Position numbers and translations under genes: made by a program. A DNA stretch of 64,000 nucleotides from the human T2T-CHM13v2.0 reference genome, Homo sapiens, in the NCBI RefSeq assembly GCF_009914755.1, contig NC_060940.1; one strand, given 5' to 3'. This document shows, piece by piece, positions 28,782 through 42,520 of this stretch; the stretch's first letter is position 1, and each line of letters starts with the position of its first letter. Below the pieces are notes generated by a model. The model did not search any database. It saw only the letters and a list, made by a program, of their open reading frames with translations, and was not told the DNA's origin.

Positions 28782-30179
28782 TGATTCTACCCTTACTTAA
28801 ATTAGTCTGATCGGACTAAGTCACTGGGATTTGGAAAAAAAAAATTCTTAGATTGATACATTTTAACTTACATGTTTTAAATGTTCTGAAACATAAATAA
28901 ACAACCCTTTGGGATTTATAGTTGTAGAAAAAGAATAGAAATGAAATAGCCATCAGTTCTTTCCGTATCAATAATCTGTGTAGTCTACAGTCGGTAGGAG
29001 GTTACCTAGCTGTCACAGATCTCTTGGAATTAAAGTCATCGCTCATGTTGTGCCAGTCTAGCTTAATTACAGGTTTCTTAGTTAAGCTTAAGAGGGAAAG
29101 GGAAAGGAATGGTATTTCAATCTTCAGAAGGAATTTTCAGGGTAGGTATAACCACCTTCATTTTATAAATTTACAGGTACATAGACAGGTCAAGTAAGTG
29201 ACAAAAGGAAACAGAAGTATAAGTGGCAGCACTGGCATTTCAACTGAGATCCAAAGTACATGATCTTTATTTAATTCTCTTATCCAAAGGTGCATTTAAC
29301 AATAAACTTTTCAGTTAACTGTATGTGAGAGATGACGTAGTGCATGTGTTTCACAATGCACGCTGACCTGAATTCCTTTGAGCATAAATGTTGTCTGTAC
29401 ATTTGTTTCTCCATTTGTGTTTTATTTCTCCTTTTATTAATATATGTGACTGAAAGTATATATATAACAAGACAGGCCTGAATCTAAGTCTTGTCCTATT
29501 CACAGACTATTAGGAGAAGGATTTTCCATCTTGTCATCTGGTGATTCCACACACGATAACCACTAGTCTGATTCATACAGATGGTTAAGATTTACCAAAA
29601 AAAAGTGCAAAATCTTCCATGTCACTCTTCTTTTGAAGAGGACTGCTACTATTCCTTAGGAGTCATAAAACTTTGTGGCCACTATTCTTGTAAAAAAGCT
29701 GATTGATATTAAATAAAATGGATTTAAGTATATTATCTCAGAATGGCACTCTCCTTTCCCAGCACTGCCTTAAGAAATACAAAAGTTAACTGTATATGTT
29801 GATGATTCAACAGCTAAAAAGCTTACTTTACTTTATCACAGTATAATTTTATGTAAAAACAAATTTAGAAGTGTACTCAGTGCACTTCATGGACATATGG
29901 AAAATGATGAAATTTATCTTGGTACCACTAGTGTATAAGTAATGAAATTTACCAACATAATTTGTCTGGAAAGACAAGTATATACACTCATATATCATTT
30001 ACTACTCTCTCTCTGTAATTAATGATGTGCTGTCTTATACATATAAACTGCTTGGAAAATGATACTTATGACCCACTGTCAGTAAGAATATTTTCTGGGT
30101 TGCTTTCACAGTGGTGACTAGTACTTTGTAGTGAGTAAATTTCATTTCTGTCTTGTTCACTTCTGTAATCAGGGTAGTT

Positions 30180-31913
30180 ATTGAGCTGAACAAAGACATT
30201 TTTCAAGAACACAGCACAAAAGATACAAGTTAAAAAATGTGAGGGTATGGGCAGAGAGACAAGGAGGGCAGACCTACAACTTCCCTCATGTGTTCTAATA
30301 TGAGCTTTAGAAACAAATTAACTAAGAAAAAAAACCTAAGAGAATGAAACAGAAGACAAAAATAACAAATAGAAATTTACAGGAGTCACAATTCAACTCC
30401 ACATGGTAACATTTCAAACTACTATGGATAAAGTACAAATCCAGTATCTTAGAAAGAACATAAGAGGTTACCTGCAATGAACAATCAGATTATCACCAGA
30501 CTTGACTAGCAAAAGTGAATATCAGAATTTAACAGAGAAGTGTTTTTAAGGATATGAAGTAAAATAATTTTGAATCTAGAATTCTATACTCAGCCAAGTT
30601 AGCAATTCAGGCTGGGGGAAAATAAAGAAAATTTCAGACATGTAAAGTTTCAGAAAGAGGCTGCAGACTCTCCCAGATAGAATTACTTGATAATGTGTCC
30701 AGAAAAATGGAAACTGAAGAAAGAACAAAAGATATAATATTCAGTGGTGATCAGAGAAATCAGTAAACCCTGTAGCTAAGTGTAAATAACTGTAGCAACA
30801 AAACGTGAAAATCATTCCATCAATTGATAATACCACTGAACGAGAAGTAATCGGGGTCGGGAGAGAGAGAACTAGAAGTGTCCTAAAATACTTGCCTTAC
30901 ATATTGACTCCAGTAGTTCATTAAAGGTAAAATTTAAGTATAGGTATTAATATTTAATAACCACAATGACAAAAATAAAAATTTTAATATGTTAACCACC
31001 TTAGGAACTATAAAAGGAAGAAAATGTTGAATAATCCAAAAAAAGGCAGAAAAGAAAATAAAAATAAAGATTTAAATAACATAATTAACTGGAATGATAT
31101 TTCAGATAACCATTGACTGAGCTATTAAACCACCAGAAACATTTCAACAAGTTTCTAAAAGTATTGCACAAGCCACATTTATATTTGCAATGCCATATTA
31201 AAAGCATAAAAAATGAAGAGATAGACTAAAATCCAAAAAACCACCATAAAAACAACTTTGGGCCCAAACATATTTATGTGAACCCTTTAAGATACCTTTC
31301 TAAATAATTCTGTGTATATGCAAGATTTTAAATAAAAAAGAACAATGAAACCACTTATTATCAAAATATATGACCTGAAGTCAAGCTCACAATATTTAGT
31401 CTTAAAAGCACTTAATAGAAAACAAGAGTAAACTTCTATTAGTTTAGTATTCAATGAAATAATGTAAAAAATTAAAAAAAAAACTTGAAGAAAGCAAAAC
31501 AGGAAAAAATGTAAAAATAAACATAAAATATTCATAGAAGAAATTCATCTTACTGAAAATAAAGGTGATTCTTTGAACCTCTACAATACTAACAAAAACA
31601 CAGACATGACTGAAATAATAAAACGGAGAAAGAGGCCGGGCGCGGTGGCTCACGCCTGTAATCCCAGCACTTTGGGAGGCCTAGGCGGGTGGATCACAAG
31701 GTCAGGAGATCGAGACCATCCTGGCTAACATGGTGAAATCCCATCTCTACTAAAAATACAAAAAATTAGCCGGGCATGGTGGCGGGCGCCTCTAGTCCCA
31801 GCTACTCAGGAGGCTGAGGCAGGAGAACGGCGTGAACCCGGGAGGCAGAGCTTGCAGTATGTGGAGATTGCGCCACTGCACTCCAGCCTGGGTGACAGAG
31901 CAAAACTCCGTCT

Positions 31914-31947
<34 letters not shown>

Positions 31948-32110
31948 GGAGAAAGAAGCCTTTATCAAGTCTGATGAAAGAAATTAAAAAGGCAAATAAT
32001 ACTAAAAACATGAAGGAGTCGTATCTAAAGACTTAGAGAAAATTTAAAAATCATAAAGGAATGCAACTTTATACCTATAAATTTAGTGTGTAAGGGTATT
32101 TATTAAAACT
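30180..32110 (+). mobile_element. Very old L1/HAL1-like remnant
   Basis: A-rich; aatcagattatcaccagactt and ctagaattctatactcagccaagttagcaattca resemble L1 ORF1. Confidence 0.55.
31634..31946 (+). mobile_element. AluY with long pure poly-A
   Basis: Y diagnostics; ~32 A tail; perfect TSD aaaacggagaaaga. Confidence 0.95.
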
Positions 32111-32451
32111 TTAATTAAAAATTGATTGCTGATAATGTGTAATATATCTTTTAATATATCTCCATTGGAATTAATGGTAGAATTAACTCTCACTGTCTAC
32201 AGAGGTTTCTTCCCTCAGAACTAATTAGTGGAGTTCTTTTTCCATTTTATTATGGGACTAAGAATTTTAGTATGGGATTCATTATAGCAGATGAATAGGC
32301 AATATTATTGAAAGAAAATTTTTTGATCTTTACAAATTCCAACTAATGAAGTTGGAGTTGGTTGAGTGAAGGCAAGCGAACGTAGCAATATGAGGTCTTC
32401 TTCAATAATGACACAGAATGAGTTTACATCCAGGACAATATTTCTTTCTTC

Positions 32452-33125
32452 TTTTAACATTTATAATTTCAACTTTTATTTTAGATTCACAGGGTATATG
32501 TGCAAATTTATTACATGGGTATACTGCATGGTACTGAGTTTTGGGGTGTGACTGATCCCATCACCCAGGTACTGAGCACAGTACCCCATTGTTAGTTTTT
32601 CAACTCTTGATCTCCTTCCTCTCTTCCCTCTCTAGTAGTTCCCAGTGTCTACTGTTGGAATTTTTATGTCCATGAGTATGCACTGTTTAGCTCCCACTTA
32701 TTAGTGAGAACATGCAGTGTTTGATTTTCTGTGCCTGTGTTAATTCGCCTAGGAAAATGGCCTCTAGCTGCATCCATGTTGCTGTAAAGTACATGATTTT
32801 GTTATTTCTCATGGCTGCATGGTATTCCATAATGTATTTATACCATATTTTAAAAAATCCAATCCACTATTGATGGGCACCTACATTGATTCCATATCTC
32901 TGCTATTGTGAATAGTGCCGCAATGAACATACACGTGCATGTGTCTTTTCGGTAAAACAGTTTATTTTCCTTTGGGTATATACCCAGTAATGGGATTGCT
33001 GGGTCGAATGGCAGTTCTAAGTTCTTGGAAAAATCTCCAAACTGCTTTCCACAGTGGCTCGACTAATCTAGATTCCCACTAACAGTGTATAAGTGTTCCC
33101 TTTTATCTGCAGCCTCACCGGCATC
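32452..33125 (-). mobile_element. L1PA13-16-like 3' fragment
   Basis: Reverse L1 3'UTR (gctcccacttattagtgagaacatg, ctgcatccatgttgctg). Confidence 0.85.
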
Positions 33126-33871
33126 TCTACTTCATAGAGAACGTGAAAAAGAATAGTGGCTAGAAATGTTCCCACAGATGTAGGCCTTTGTACTATCAAC
33201 CTCCATGCCTTTTGAAAAAGTAGAACATCTGCAACATAATGTAACCTTTCATTGATGAGTCAGGGTCAATAATGTGAAGCTAAATTATTGTATAAAGCTG
33301 AGGATGCTGATGAAAATGCAGATTATAACTGAATTAGGATGCATGATATTGGATAAGCTGTCTGATTTATCTCAGACTATTTTCATATTTGTAAAATAAA
33401 GATAATAACCAACCCATGAAAAACGATGGTAAAGTAATACAAACTAAAATTACTTTATAAACAAAAGCCATTTTCTTCCCAGCATTAACTAACAGGCAAT
33501 ATATTACATTTGGCCATTTACAGATTTACTTGCCATTTAATAGGCTTGGGATGTTCTCATGGCTGATACTCAGACTTCTGAGTGTGCTTCTTTGCTGCCA
33601 AAAACTTTTTTTATTTTTAGCTACTTCTAGGCTTGGAACTCCGATAAGAGCCCAGTGGAAGCTCAGGTTTTGCTATCCAGTTTCATTCGTGACTTGCAAT
33701 GTATTAATAACAATAAAACTCTTCTTAAATATGTCAACATTTTGACTGTATCATACAAAGGTGATAGGAATAGTCAGAATGAAGACTAGGAGTCACATTC
33801 TTAAACACAGTCACTAGATTAAATTCTCAAAAGAAGGAAGAAATATTCACTCTATGTGCTCAACATAATGA

Positions 33872-34192
<321 letters not shown>

Positions 34193-35564
34193 TATTAACA
34201 TAACTTCTATAGTACCAGTGTTAATCAAACATTTACTTATTACTAGGAAATCACAATCTGTCTTTGAATTTTAGAAAATGATCTAACAAGGTCTAGAACA
34301 TTAATTTTCATATGATTTGTCAAATTTTCCTACAGAAATGTAACAGCAACTCTAAATAATATTTATATTTAATTTAAAGTTAGGGCTACTTCTCATCTGT
34401 GATGGAATGAACACTAAGATGAACTGAAATCTATCCTTCAATTCTCATCCATCTTAAAAGAACAGAAAAGAAATAACTGAGTTTTACACAACTGCTTTTA
34501 TAATGGTATTAAGACTTTCATAAAAAAGTACAACTGCCTTTAGTACTTATTTTTCCTGCAGAGCTAAAATGTTCACTGCTGAGTTAGCAGTTGATACCAT
34601 CTGTATTGCTGAATGGCAAAGGAATTGTTAACAAAAACACTGTTGATAAAGAACTTTTATAGTAAAATATAAATTATTTACATATTCTAAGGATGAGTAA
34701 TCACAGGATTAAATGAATTTAAAATGTAATTTCTTATTCTTCTGAATAGAGCCAATGTCTAAAATAAAGTAATTTTACAGTTCTTTGTTTTTATGTGCCA
34801 CTATGCTTTTAAAAAGAACAACACTCACGTTCCATTCAGAAGTTTGTTTTGGCTATATCAGATCTGTTTCACACACATAGGTTACAAGTAAACTCTGCAT
34901 AACAGAGCACCCTGATCATGTCCTTGGAAAACTCTCCAAACAGGATGCAGAGACATTATAATTTCAAACCAACGTGCTTAGGAAAGTTAACGTACAGACT
35001 CTCCCATACTTTTCTATAAATAGTTTAGGGACACTCACTAATGATAAATATTTCTCTAAATATCAGATTTCAGGACAACACTGTTTGGAGTTAAAAGCAG
35101 TAATACGTCTGACTTCTTCTGGAGAAGTTGTTTTGTATCATGAGCCTGGTTCTGAATATGGAGCTGAATCATTAGTAATTCTAGCGTCAACAAATAAATT
35201 AATGCTCAGAAAAATAATGTAAAAGGAAAGAAAGAATAAGGGCTAAGGAATATAATTAATTGTGAGATGAATAAAACGATAAGGTATTAAAATTTAGGAA
35301 TACTCATATTTATGGCATCTGTCAGGATTCAAGCTAATTATGAGTTTAACTACATTGGTTTATCTACTGATACTTCTATTTCAAAAATTAAAGTAATTGC
35401 AGCATTAAAAGTCACTGCTAATGCAATAAATGTACTCACAGTTGACATATACAAAAAGTATCAACAGTCATGGTGGAATTTCCAGTGTCATTACAAAACA
35501 AGCAACAATAATGTAACAACATTTACTAAATGTAAAATCAGTATGCCAAGAGTATCTTTCTAAG

Positions 35565-35730
35565 TGGTTCATTTACTTTTACCTTATTTAATCTTTACTA
35601 TAACTCCATGACAGAGGTACAATTATTACACTTATTTCACACATGAAGAGTCTGAGTAATATGACCAAAGTCACACAGATGGTAAGTGGTTGGACTGAGA
35701 TCAAAGCCTAGAGTCAGTTCTTAACCACCA
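35565..35730. mobile_element. MIR fragment
   Basis: MIR core-like tttcacacatgaagagtctgag...ccaaagtcacacag...ttcttaaccac. Confidence 0.6.
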
Positions 35731-36062
35731 GTGTCTTCGGTCTCAAAATATAATTGGGTCATTTGCCTATAACAACTTTTGAACTTTTAAAGATTAAGTT
35801 TTATTGAGTGAAATATAACTGTTTGCTTTAGACTAAATGTTCATTTTTGTTTTACAGATAATGAATCTGTGAAAAAAAAAAAAACAACTAAGCAGTTGTG
35901 AGAAGTGCAGGGACCAAATTTAAAAACAGGAACTGAGCTCACCATGTTCCTTATTTAAGAGATTATAACATATTTAGGTACTATTCAGTTGCAAAGTACC
36001 ATGGTTTGCAAATATTTCTCACATAGTTTACAAATATTTCTCACTTGATTTAATTTCCTTAC

Positions 36063-36235
36063 CTTCCAGATGTGTTCTTTAGTATGACCAGAGCGTCTGG
36101 ATAGCCATCCATATTGTAGTCTCCAATATGAAGGGTAATTGGAATTGGTATTTCAGTTGGTTGCTGTTCATCCACAAATGGCACAAAGCCCCAGAGTGTG
36201 CCCTTATTGCTGAAATCTTGTAGGACTGGAACCCA
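36063..36235 (-). CDS. ITFG1: ITFG1 internal coding exon (probably exon 10), encodes WVPVLQDFSNKGTLWGFVPFVDEQQPTEIPIPITLHIGDYNMDGYPDALVILKNTSG(S)
   Basis: Minus strand: acceptor tctcttaatccatag|TGG, donor GGA AG|gtaagg; 173 nt. Phase-0 junction is in frame with the preceding exon. GDYNMDGYPD is an FG-GAP motif. Not in the ORF track; translated by hand. Confidence 0.96.
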
Positions 36236-36664
36236 CTATGGATTAAGAGAAAAAGATCAGACTTTATAGTTATTTTATAAAAAAATTTATAATTTGCAAA
36301 ACAAACGATCCATTAAGTTTTCAAGATAAGCATTATTTTACTTAACTTTTTTATCTCTACAATATGGTAGGGGATCATAATTTACTCTGATGAATAGGTG
36401 ACACTCTGGGAAAAAAAAAAGTACTTTCCCTTAGAATTTATCCTAGTCATTTTTGTCTGAACTGGCACAGAAAGCCTTAGAAAGTTTTTCACAATACCAC
36501 ATGAATCTTAGGATTGAACTGATATTAATACACATCTAGTCAGATTACATAATTTAAAACTGTGTCACATAGAAACACTCGAACGTTTAAAAAAAACTAG
36601 AGCAAGCTGTAATATCATCTAATACTGATGTGCTTTCGGGAGGACCAACTTAGGAGGAAAGTTA

Positions 36665-36860
36665 GAACATGACAGAGACCCCGTTGTTCATTCTACTGCT
36701 GTGTCTCTTACACATGCAGATGACTTCAGTCATTGCCTTCCAGCCGAGCAGCTCCTGAGTCTTTCCAAACAACACCAGGCCTGACAGGCTTCATCAGTAA
36801 CTGACAGGCACTTCTCAGCCAAGAAGACTGAGCTCTGTCACTAAAACGGCCGGAAGCTAC
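36665..36860. promoter_or_regulatory. Candidate intronic enhancer (MEIS/TALE TGACAG x4, ETS, E-box)
   Basis: Apparently non-repeat, GC-elevated island. TGACAG at 36670, 36782 and 36802; CTGTCA at 36835; CCGGAAG at 36850. Motif evidence only. Confidence 0.35.
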
Positions 36861-37851
36861 ATTTTTAGTAAATTCCTTTATTTCTATATTAATGGCCATG
36901 AAGAGAACAGAAAGAGAACAGAAAGCTCATTTGAAAATGAGCTTTGGGAATCCCTTTCTCTTCAGATTAACATAAATCTTCACTTTTTAATAACTAGAAA
37001 TTTGAAGAGCGGAAATCATGCCATTAAAGTTATAGTTGTGCCCACAATTTGCTGCATATGAATGCTGCCACATAACCTGAAGATGTCTGAGCAGAAGCAG
37101 GCACAGCTGACTTGAGATGGCAGGAGGCCAAACATACCTAGAGATTCCCTTCCTTTCCTTCTAAGCAGGTGACTCATTTATATGGCTGCAAGTCAAATTA
37201 TATTAAAGATGGTTTCTTGAAAAGGGGTTAATAAACAGGGTATCTCCAACAATTTATGTATTTTCCAAAGAAAGTATAATTTACCAGGGAAAAAGGAAAC
37301 TTGGTAAAGACATGTTTACAGAAAATGAGTTTTTTTAAAAAAAAAGGTATGCATCTTTAATAATTTTTCAATCTTTAAGCAAAACAGTATTATTTTATAT
37401 ATCATTAAAATGTTTCAATGGTTTCACTTGGTTTTTAAAAAATTGTTGTGTTTTATTTCAGCAGATGAGAATTTCACAAAATGCCACGTTATCACAAATT
37501 TCTGAAGAGGCTGACAGGTTATTAATCAGGATAAACCACATTGAATAAAGTATTCCTGTTAAGGTAAATGTATTAAGGCCTAAAAAGTAAAAAGATTTTT
37601 CAGTATCAATATGACACTGATAATAGTCACCAAAGAACTGTGACATTTATCTTCCCAGAGAGAGATGACTGTATAATTTGAAAATATTCTTACAGTAGTC
37701 TGTCGATAGGCAATAATTACTAGGATTACTAATAATTATGAACCAATGATAGTTACTTGACCTAAAGTTTTAAGTGATTCAAAACCTTAAAAAAAGTTCA
37801 AGATAAAACTTACAGGTATAACAGTTAAATGTTTTCATTTATTTTATTTTT

Positions 37852-37944
37852 AAGGCTAATAAAGTGAAGCTTTGGGGGTAGAGAAGCAACAAGGAAATCT
37901 GTAACTGGCTGTGTTCACTTAACACCACTGTACTCACACTGGCC
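37852..37944 (-). pseudogene. Retroposed Y RNA (RNY3-like) pseudogene
   Basis: Reverse complement ggccagtgtgagtacagtggtgtt..aagtgaacacagccagttacagatttccttgttgcttctctacccccaaagcttcactttattagcctt aligns with Y3 RNA. A-rich tail at 37837-37851. TSD agttaaatg(t/c)ttt at 37823-37835 and 37945-37957. Confidence 0.9.
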
Positions 37945-38551
37945 AGTTAAATGCTTTTAGAATGCTGACTGTGTGAAGATTTGTTTTCACATAAAATATG
38001 ATGCTCCTTTTCCATAAGGGCTATAAAAGTCAATACGTTATTCTATCATTTATTACCCTCCAAAAGAAACATTAATTCTAATATGATTGTTATAACCTAT
38101 CATTCCCATATTAATCCTCCACTGTGACTGTCAGATTCTAAATTGCTTACCTACAAGCTACAGGTAAAAGTCAGCATGAGATAATAAAATAGGTTTAAAT
38201 AACACAAATAAAAACAAGATCAGTTTCGAAAATAGATACAACGTTCTTCTAAGTAACCTTTTATTATAGTGTGTTTTGCCATATTCCTGGCATATAAAAA
38301 GCTAAAAGATCATTTAATTATAGTATCCAGAATGGGTTTTCTTCACTAGAAATAATTATAACAATGATTTTCCCGCAACAAATTAAAAAATAATATATTT
38401 AAATGCATTTCATTAAGTTAAAATGAGGAAGTCGGTAACTTAATTTTGGGGTTCCCTCTGTTCTGATTCTACAGGTATCTTTTCTAACCTTAGAAGATTT
38501 TTTTCCAAGCACATAAAAAAAAATGTTTACATTAAAAACAACTTGATATAC

Positions 38552-38646
38552 CTGCTTCATCCCAGATCTCACTAAGTAGATGGTACTCTTTTGGCAATTT
38601 TTATCTTCACAGCCTGGCAGTAAATGATCCATGTGTCCATCTCCAT
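38552..38646 (-). CDS. ITFG1: ITFG1 internal coding exon (probably exon 9), encodes (D)GDGHMDHLLPGCEDKNCQKSTIYLVRSGMKQ
   Basis: Minus strand: acceptor tttcttttggcag|AT GGA GAT..., donor ...AAG CAG|gtatat; 95 nt. DGDGHMD is an FG-GAP Ca-binding loop. Peptide recognised as ITFG1 and lies inside ORF 38399..38878. Confidence 0.95.
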
Positions 38647-38884
38647 CTGCCAAAAGAAACTTCAAGAGTCCATTAATAGTCACAAAATAAAATGTTCTTG
38701 TATGGTATATTAAATTTACTATTTGTTCAAAGTCTACATCAATCTGGATAAAACAGAAGAATTTGACACATGGCTTCAAAATGAATATGATTTTATTTAA
38801 AAAATTACTCTGGCCCTTGCAACTGATTATCTGGACTGTGTCTTGTTCTAAATTGCACACTTCTGTGTGGTTAAGCATTTCTAT

Positions 38885-39028
38885 AGGAGGGAGGGGGGCA
38901 AGGGCTGAAAAACTACTGGGTCCTATGCTATCTGGGTGATGGGATCAGTCATACCCCAACCCATGTAACAAACCTACACATGGACTCCTTGAATTTAAAA
39001 TAAAAGTTGAAATTATAAAAAGAAAAAT
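38885..39028 (+). mobile_element. L1PA15/16-like short 3' fragment
   Basis: caagggctgaaaaactac...catgtaacaaacctacacatg...taaaataaaagttgaaatt. Confidence 0.75.
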
Positions 39029-40586
39029 GTATAGTGTTGGTAAGAGACCCCATTTCAGCCTGTAATGTTAAAACCATCAATTTTTAAAAATGTAGCTTTG
39101 ACTTATTTACATAATTATCACTGCTGCCATAGAAGAGAAAAATAAGCATATCAACAGTAGTCCATTATTATACAGAGTATTTTAAACGTGAGACTCTTAA
39201 CTTTATACATATGTAAGAGACTTTATTCTGGATGAACTTCGATCCAAGAGTTATAAAGCCCTCAACACTCTGGCTTCTTAAAAGTACCAATAAATTTTTA
39301 TCAATGAAAAAGCAAATGAAAGGAATATAGATATCCTTTCCAAGTGACTGTTTTTTACAAAGCACAGTATTCTGCTAAGGCCTACAGAGGTGAGGTTATG
39401 GAGGAAGTTAGTAAGTTACTGACATTACTGAGGTGTCAGCTCTCTAGTGCTCTCTCCCATCTAATGTCCCTGCTACCTGATGGGGTTTACAGATTTTGAT
39501 GTCGCAGAGTTAAGTCTCTTTATGTGGACATTCACAATGCACAGTCACTTAGTTTTTTAATTTGGGGATTGATTTTGTATTGCTTTAATCACTGATTTAC
39601 TGCTGTTGTTTATTGTATTATTTAACTCGTGCCTGAGGTAGTATATACACTTGGAAGAAAATAAAAGGATTATTAATACAGAAATATGCTTCATTGTATA
39701 TTTAGTGAAGCATACTTACGTACTGAGAGCTATGTAGTTATCAAAAGCCTATCAAGTCTCCAATAATGTATTCAAAAGGAAAAAAAAAGAATTTTAGGCT
39801 GAGTGGAATTAAAATCTAGCCAATGGAAACTGACTTCAGCATGGAAAATTAAAAATGCACAACAAAGTAAAAAATGAATTTCTTTCATTTAATTTCATGA
39901 TTTGCTTACTTAGGATCCTCATGATTAATAACATTATGATAAACCCTGCCTTAGAGGAGTGCAACATTAAATACAATAGTTGAATTAATAATAAAATATG
40001 TAGAGAACATCTGTAATTTGCAACATATAGATTTGGACTACTGAGAATTAAATAGATTGAGAGACAAAGATGCAATTCTAGGCAGGAATACTTGAAAAGG
40101 AGAAGGTTTTCCAAGGAGATAAACATATATCACAGCTTAAAAAAAAAAAAAGTTTGAGAGCTAGCCAAGTAAGAAAGAACTAATACAAAAATGTGATTTA
40201 CAAACTGGCTCAAGTGATAACATAGACTTCATTAAAACCAAACCATTCTACTGTAAATTAATGGGAGAACAATTTGAAGAGCATTACCACGGCTTTTCCC
40301 TTCATTTTTACCCCAATGACAAAATGCTCATATTAGAATCTTATTCATACTTTACTTCTCCCCTAGTTTCTCTTTCTTCCAAGTAGTTTCATATATCTCA
40401 TGCCTCTTTTGACAATGAATTGGCTGGTATTTTTTCAAGTGCTCTAACAACTACCTAGTAAACATATATCTAACTCGTGGAAACAGCATAATCATGCACT
40501 TTAGTATAAATTATCAGTAATATTTTATAGATATGGTCACAGAAAAATAAACTCAATCACAAAATGTGTTTCTTGTGCTATTCTAA

Positions 40587-40931
<345 letters not shown>

Positions 40932-41049
40932 TAGGTGAAATGACAGAAATGCTTTTTGAGAGTACAATTTCAAGAGTATAATTTCAAAGGAAATTTGCTC
41001 TTTAAAAGGAGAGAAGCTTTTAAATTGACATATTTCAGTTTTTTGTACT

Positions 41050-41540
41050 TTTTTAAAAGCTTTTTTATTTGGTAGTAATTTATACTTAAAGTTGCAATAA
41101 GAGAAATAGTACAAGAAACATCTGTTAAGCCTTTAACCACATTTGCCTATTGTTAACATTTTACCCCTTTTACAAAATTATTTGTGTTCTTTCCCTCTTT
41201 GAAACAAATTTTTTTCGGAACCATGTATATAAGTACATACATTAAGGTCCTTTGTCCCTAAATGTATCACTGTGCATTCCCTAGGAGTAGGGATATTCTC
41301 TTACATAACTACAATACAGTTAACAATTCACAGTTTACACACAAACAATGCATTTATCCAATGTGCTATCTATATTTCAGTTTTGTCCACTGACCTCTTG
41401 TTCCGTACAGCATTTTTGTCCCTGCAGCACAGGATACAGTGTAGGACTAGAAATTGCATAAAGCTGTTACTTAATAGCCTCCTTTCATTTGGAATGTTTC
41501 CACAGCCTTTCTTTGCCTTTAATTTGCATATCTTTTAAAT
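41050..41540 (-). mobile_element. Old L1MC-like 3' fragment
   Basis: aagttgcaa...tagtacaag; ggatattctcttacataac. Confidence 0.55.
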
Positions 41541-42368
41541 CTCACACTACAGGAATATTTTATGTTTTAATATATTATTATGCCTGGGGAAGAAAGTACT
41601 TTTAACATGGGAAAAATCAGAGGCACAAGGCTAGGAGCTAGAATTACTTTAAGCAAATTCTCAGAGAAATAATGTCTCTTTGTGAGTAGATTACAAAGAA
41701 GGGCATGCTGATGGAGATGCTAGCCTGTGAACTTGGCACAGTACTTAAAGAAGAACCAGGAATTTATAACTTTGGATTGTCTTTTCTTTGGGACTTCAGT
41801 AAATACGTATCTCAGGTTTTCTTGAAGGCCAAAATTCTTTCTCAAAAACTCAAGAGAAACTGCAACAGATGGAATAGCATTTTGATTTACTAATATTTAC
41901 AAAAACCAGTGTAAAAATCAGCCTTTTTCAGGACTGATCATCCTGAACTAACAAACACATGCTAACTTCCCTTTGATGGTAACTCTAGCCAAATTACAAA
42001 TGAAATTCTTCTCTAAAACATATAAATACTTTATTGAAATAGAATTAAGGGTTTAAAACTGATTTAGAGAAACTAAAACTGATTTAGAGAAAATTTTTAA
42101 TTTTAAAAGCAAAACTAAAGTGTTATTGTTCTTGTCATAAAAATGGATTACAATGAATTTTTATATATAATTTTTGTTTTTAATTAAGCAGAGAACAATA
42201 AAAGATACACATAAAAAAGTTCACATATATCACTTATTCTCTTAAACATTCTTAATATTTTCATTCTAATTAAGTTAACTGACCTGTGGAATTGTTTAAG
42301 CAAATTAGAACTCATTGTTCTGGCCCCAGATTACCTTTCCAACTTTGTTAACCACAATTTCTCTAAAG

Positions 42369-42520
42369 CAGTGGTTCTGCAGCCTCTGAATCGGCTGGGA
42401 AGTTGTTGGACATGAGAATTCTTAGGCTCCTGCCCAGATCTAACAAATCACAACCTCAGGAGGTGGGGCCCAGCACCTTGTATGTTCGTAAGTTCTCCGG
42501 CTGACTGGATGCTGACACTT
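42369..42520. mobile_element. MER5A-like hAT MITE
   Basis: cagtggttct...ggtggggcccagca...aagttctccggctgactggatgc. Confidence 0.7.

Noticed and set aside
38399-38878. 159-aa ORF as a standalone gene
   Set aside because: Only 38552-38646 is ITFG1-like and bounded by splice sites. The flanks are intronic read-through.
42054-42092. 20-bp-period tandem duplication taaaactgatttagagaaa
   Set aside because: Two copies only; an ordinary slippage duplication with no further structure.
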